DNA of 64,000 nt. Source: Dictyostelium discoideum (taxonomy: Eukaryota). Numbering within the stretch: position 1 is the first letter of the stretch; each line of letters begins with the position of its first letter. Both the position numbers and the translations under genes were made by a program. Below are positions 55,971 through 64,000 of this stretch, piece after piece. Under the pieces are notes generated by a model that was given only the letters and a program-made list of their open reading frames with translations, was not told the origin of the DNA and did no database searches. The stretch covers positions 4,608,001-4,672,000 of the forward strand of contig CM000152.2 in assembly GCA_000004695.1 (NCBI GenBank). The letters are read 5' to 3'.

Positions 55971-56755
55971 CCACCAAATTGTTCAACTATTTTTCTATTT
56001 ATTATAATTGTTTTTAATACAAATAAATAATAATAAATAATTTAATCAAAAAAGAAAAAAATCAATTTGTTTTTTAGTTATAGTTATTTTTCTCAATAAT
56101 ATTTTTTTTTTTTTAAGAAATAGATAATTTCAAACACTAATCCCCAAGTTTAATAAATTTTTTTTTTTTTAAAAAATAAAAAAAAAAAAAATAAAAAAAT
56201 AAAAAAAATAAAATAAAAAAAAATTAGAATTTAAAATAAAAAATAATTGTAAAAGGGGTTATAAATATCATAATTAACTTCATTATTTTTAGATCATCAA
56301 ATTTTATGTGTTTTTTTTATTTTTTTTATTTTCTTTTTATTTTTTTTATTTTTTTTATTTTTTTTTTTTTTATGGGGGGGGGAATTGGGAAAAATTATTA
56401 AAGTATTTTTTTTATATTTTTTTTACAATTTAATAATATAATATTAAAGTAATAATAATTTTTAAATTATTTTAAAAAAAAAAAAAAGGTATACATATAA
56501 AAAAAAAAACATTTCAATATTAATATTAAATAATTGTGGGATTTATAATAGATCGTTTAGATATTAATTCTAAATAACTACCAACTATTATGGAATGTGT
56601 AAATATTTTATTTTTTATTATTATTAATAAACAATAGTTATTTATATTTAATTTTTTTTTTTTGTTTTGGAATTTTTTTTTTTTTTTTAAATTAATTCTA
56701 AATTAATATTTAAAATTAGTTTGAATATGATATATTATTAGAAATTAGAAGCCAA

Positions 56756-56956
56756 ATGAACTATGTTAGAAATGATAAAAATAAAAGAGTTATAGAATTT
56801 GAAGATGGATTAGAAATGCCAATTTTTAAAAACAATGATTTTTCATGCAAAGATATAGATTTAATGACTTCTCCAAATGATAAAAATTTTTCAACTCCAT
56901 TAATTGAAATAAATAACCCTAAATATACATTTCCATTTTTATCAAATACATTTTAA
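56756..56956 (+). CDS. Small ORF, 66 aa, of uncertain reality.
   Basis: An isolated ORF with moderately coding-like composition. No homology recognised. Confidence 0.2.
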   Translation: MNYVRNDKNKRVIEFEDGLEMPIFKNNDFSCKDIDLMTSPNDKNFSTPLIEINNPKYTFPFLSNTF

Positions 56957-56991
56957 AATTAATAATCTCGAATAAAAGTTTTTAAAAACCA

Positions 56992-57024
<33 letters not shown>

Positions 57025-57203
57025 AAAAAAATAAAATTAAAATAATAAATTTGTATATATATATATATAATTCATATTAATTTTTATTTTTATTTTTTAT
57101 TTATTTTTATTAAACTATTTATTAAATTATTTATTAATTTATTTATTCATTTATTTATTTATTTTTTTTTTGTTTTTTTTTTGTTTTGTTTTGTTTTTTT
57201 TTT

Positions 57204-62752
<5,549 letters not shown>

Positions 62753-62860
62753 TAAAAATTATTTAAAAATTTACAAAAATTATCAAAATGAATAAAAAAT
62801 AAAATAAATTAATAAATAAATAAATGTAACCTTTTTTTGATTGAATAAAATTATAAAGTA

Positions 62861-62899
<39 letters not shown>

Positions 62900-63158
62900 A
62901 AAATGAAAATGAAAATGAAAAAAAAAAAAAAAAAAAAAAAAAAGTCAAAAAACTATTTTTTTTTTTTTTTTTTTTTTTTGTGATTAGATTTTACTTAAAA
63001 GTAAAAATAGAATAATCAGAAAAAAAAAAAAAAAAAAAGATAATTTATTTTTTGAATTATTAAATTGGTTTTAAAAAATATTAATCAAACAAATTAAATA
63101 TACAGTTTTTTTTTTTTTTTTTTTTTTCAATTTTAATATTATAAATAATAAATTTATA

Positions 63159-63190
<32 letters not shown>

Positions 63191-63219
63191 ATTTGTATAT
63201 TTTTTTATTATTTTTTTAT

Positions 63220-64000
63220 TTAATTCATTGGATAATAAATCTTTGATTCACCATGATCGAGATAAACAGTGAAAGCACCACCAGCAACTTTAATACAATC
63301 TTCAGTTGGATAAAAGATGTTACAAAGAGTGGTACCTTCAAGGTATGGGTGATAAGTAATGTTACGACTAGTTTGAACTTCATTTGAACCACCATTTGTT
63401 AAGGCAACAAAAGCATTACCACGAGTGAAAGCGTAGAAACCATTATCAGAGTAACGTTGAACTTGAGCAATTGTTAAATCTTCGGTGATATTAGCACGGA
63501 ATGTATTAACGGTTTGAATGAATTGATAGAGTGGGGAAGCGGTATTGAAAGAGGTGGTCCATAATGGCTCACGATTGTTTGGATCGGAAGCACCATTGAA
63601 ACCTTGTTCAGTGCCATAGTAAATGATTGGGATACCTTGAGCCATTAAAACGTAGGTGATGGCATTCTTGTAGAGTTCAATATCGGATTGCTCATTAAGG
63701 AAACGTACTTGATCGTGATTATCAATAAAGGTACCCAACAATGACATGTTGCTAAAGAGTTGTTGATAGGATTGGAAAGTGGATTGAATTTGATTCATTG
63801 ATTGTTGTTGAGCAAAAACTGAACGAAGAGTGAAAAACATTGGGTAGGATAAAACACCGTCGACTGGACCTTGGTATGAGGCAACATAGGTTAAATTTCC
63901 ATTGTAAACTTCACCAACTGCGTAAACACCGGCGGCATCGTTATATTCTCTCCAGAAATCAGCTTTAACCTCTGGTACTGTATCGATACGAATACCATCG
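63220..64000 (-). CDS. Alpha-amylase (GH13, fungal Taka-amylase type), C-terminal 260 codons. The CDS continues past the window end.
   Basis: DGIRIDTV...GEVYNG (region II/III), GTFIDNHDQVRF (region IV, FVDNHD), GIPIIYYGTEQG, and a C-terminal beta-sandwich domain. The frame is open from nt 64000 down to the stop at 63220. Confidence 0.85.
   Translation of the reverse strand, partial: DGIRIDTVPEVKADFWREYNDAAGVYAVGEVYNGNLTYVASYQGPVDGVLSYPMFFTLRSVFAQQQSMNQIQSTFQSYQQLFSNMSLLGTFIDNHDQVRFLNEQSDIELYKNAITYVLMAQGIPIIYYGTEQGFNGASDPNNREPLWTTSFNTASPLYQFIQTVNTFRANITEDLTIAQVQRYSDNGFYAFTRGNAFVALTNGGSNEVQTSRNITYHPYLEGTTLCNIFYPTEDCIKVAGGAFTVYLDHGESKIYYPMN

Overview
This is extremely AT-rich (about 75-80% A+T) nuclear DNA whose features all point to Dictyostelium discoideum or a close dictyostelid. 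The evidence is long (AAT)n/(CAA)n tracts encoding poly-N/poly-Q inside genes, short AT-rich GTAAGT...AG introns, tRNA genes with a downstream external B box, and tRNA-gene-targeted (TRE-type) non-LTR retrotransposons. There is no prokaryotic operon or defence system here. The window is an ordinary gene-dense chromosomal region with one accessory island (about 51.9-56.0 kb).

Protein-coding genes, from my own reading of the sequence: a 3'-portion of a TRE-like retrotransposon (APE endonuclease, RT, zinc knuckle, A-tail); a two-exon Cu/Zn superoxide dismutase; a secreted beta-propeller-like protein; an N/S-rich protein; a giant two-exon vinculin/alpha-catenin-family protein; a two-exon tubulin-tyrosine-ligase-like gene; a Rubisco-LSMT-type SET-domain protein; an N/Q-rich membrane protein; a 1119-aa coiled-coil protein built from about 30 tandem 27-aa repeats plus a 60+ residue poly-N tract; SCO1; a secreted protein carrying bacterial-type Cna-B/SdrD-like repeats; COG3; two tandemly duplicated equilibrative nucleoside transporters; two I/N/K-rich hypothetical genes; CPSF1 (CPSF160); and the 3' part of an alpha-amylase.

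RNA genes and repeats: a tRNA-Leu(UAA); an initiator tRNA-Met; and a candidate roughly 240-nt polymerase-III-type structured ncRNA with a DUSE-like upstream box.

The accessory island holds the initiator tRNA-Met with its exB box, a second and different 5'-truncated TRE element inserted about 46-48 bp upstream of that tRNA, and an inverted degenerate pseudo-copy of the tRNA plus its 5' flank. It also holds nested A-tailed fragments, a roughly 360-bp element with 95-bp terminal inverted repeats, and an N-terminally truncated, frameshifted Hsp70 pseudogene.

All coordinates are 1-based. Splice-junction coordinates are hand-derived and may be off by 1-2 nt; a deliberately imprecise span is marked approx in its call.
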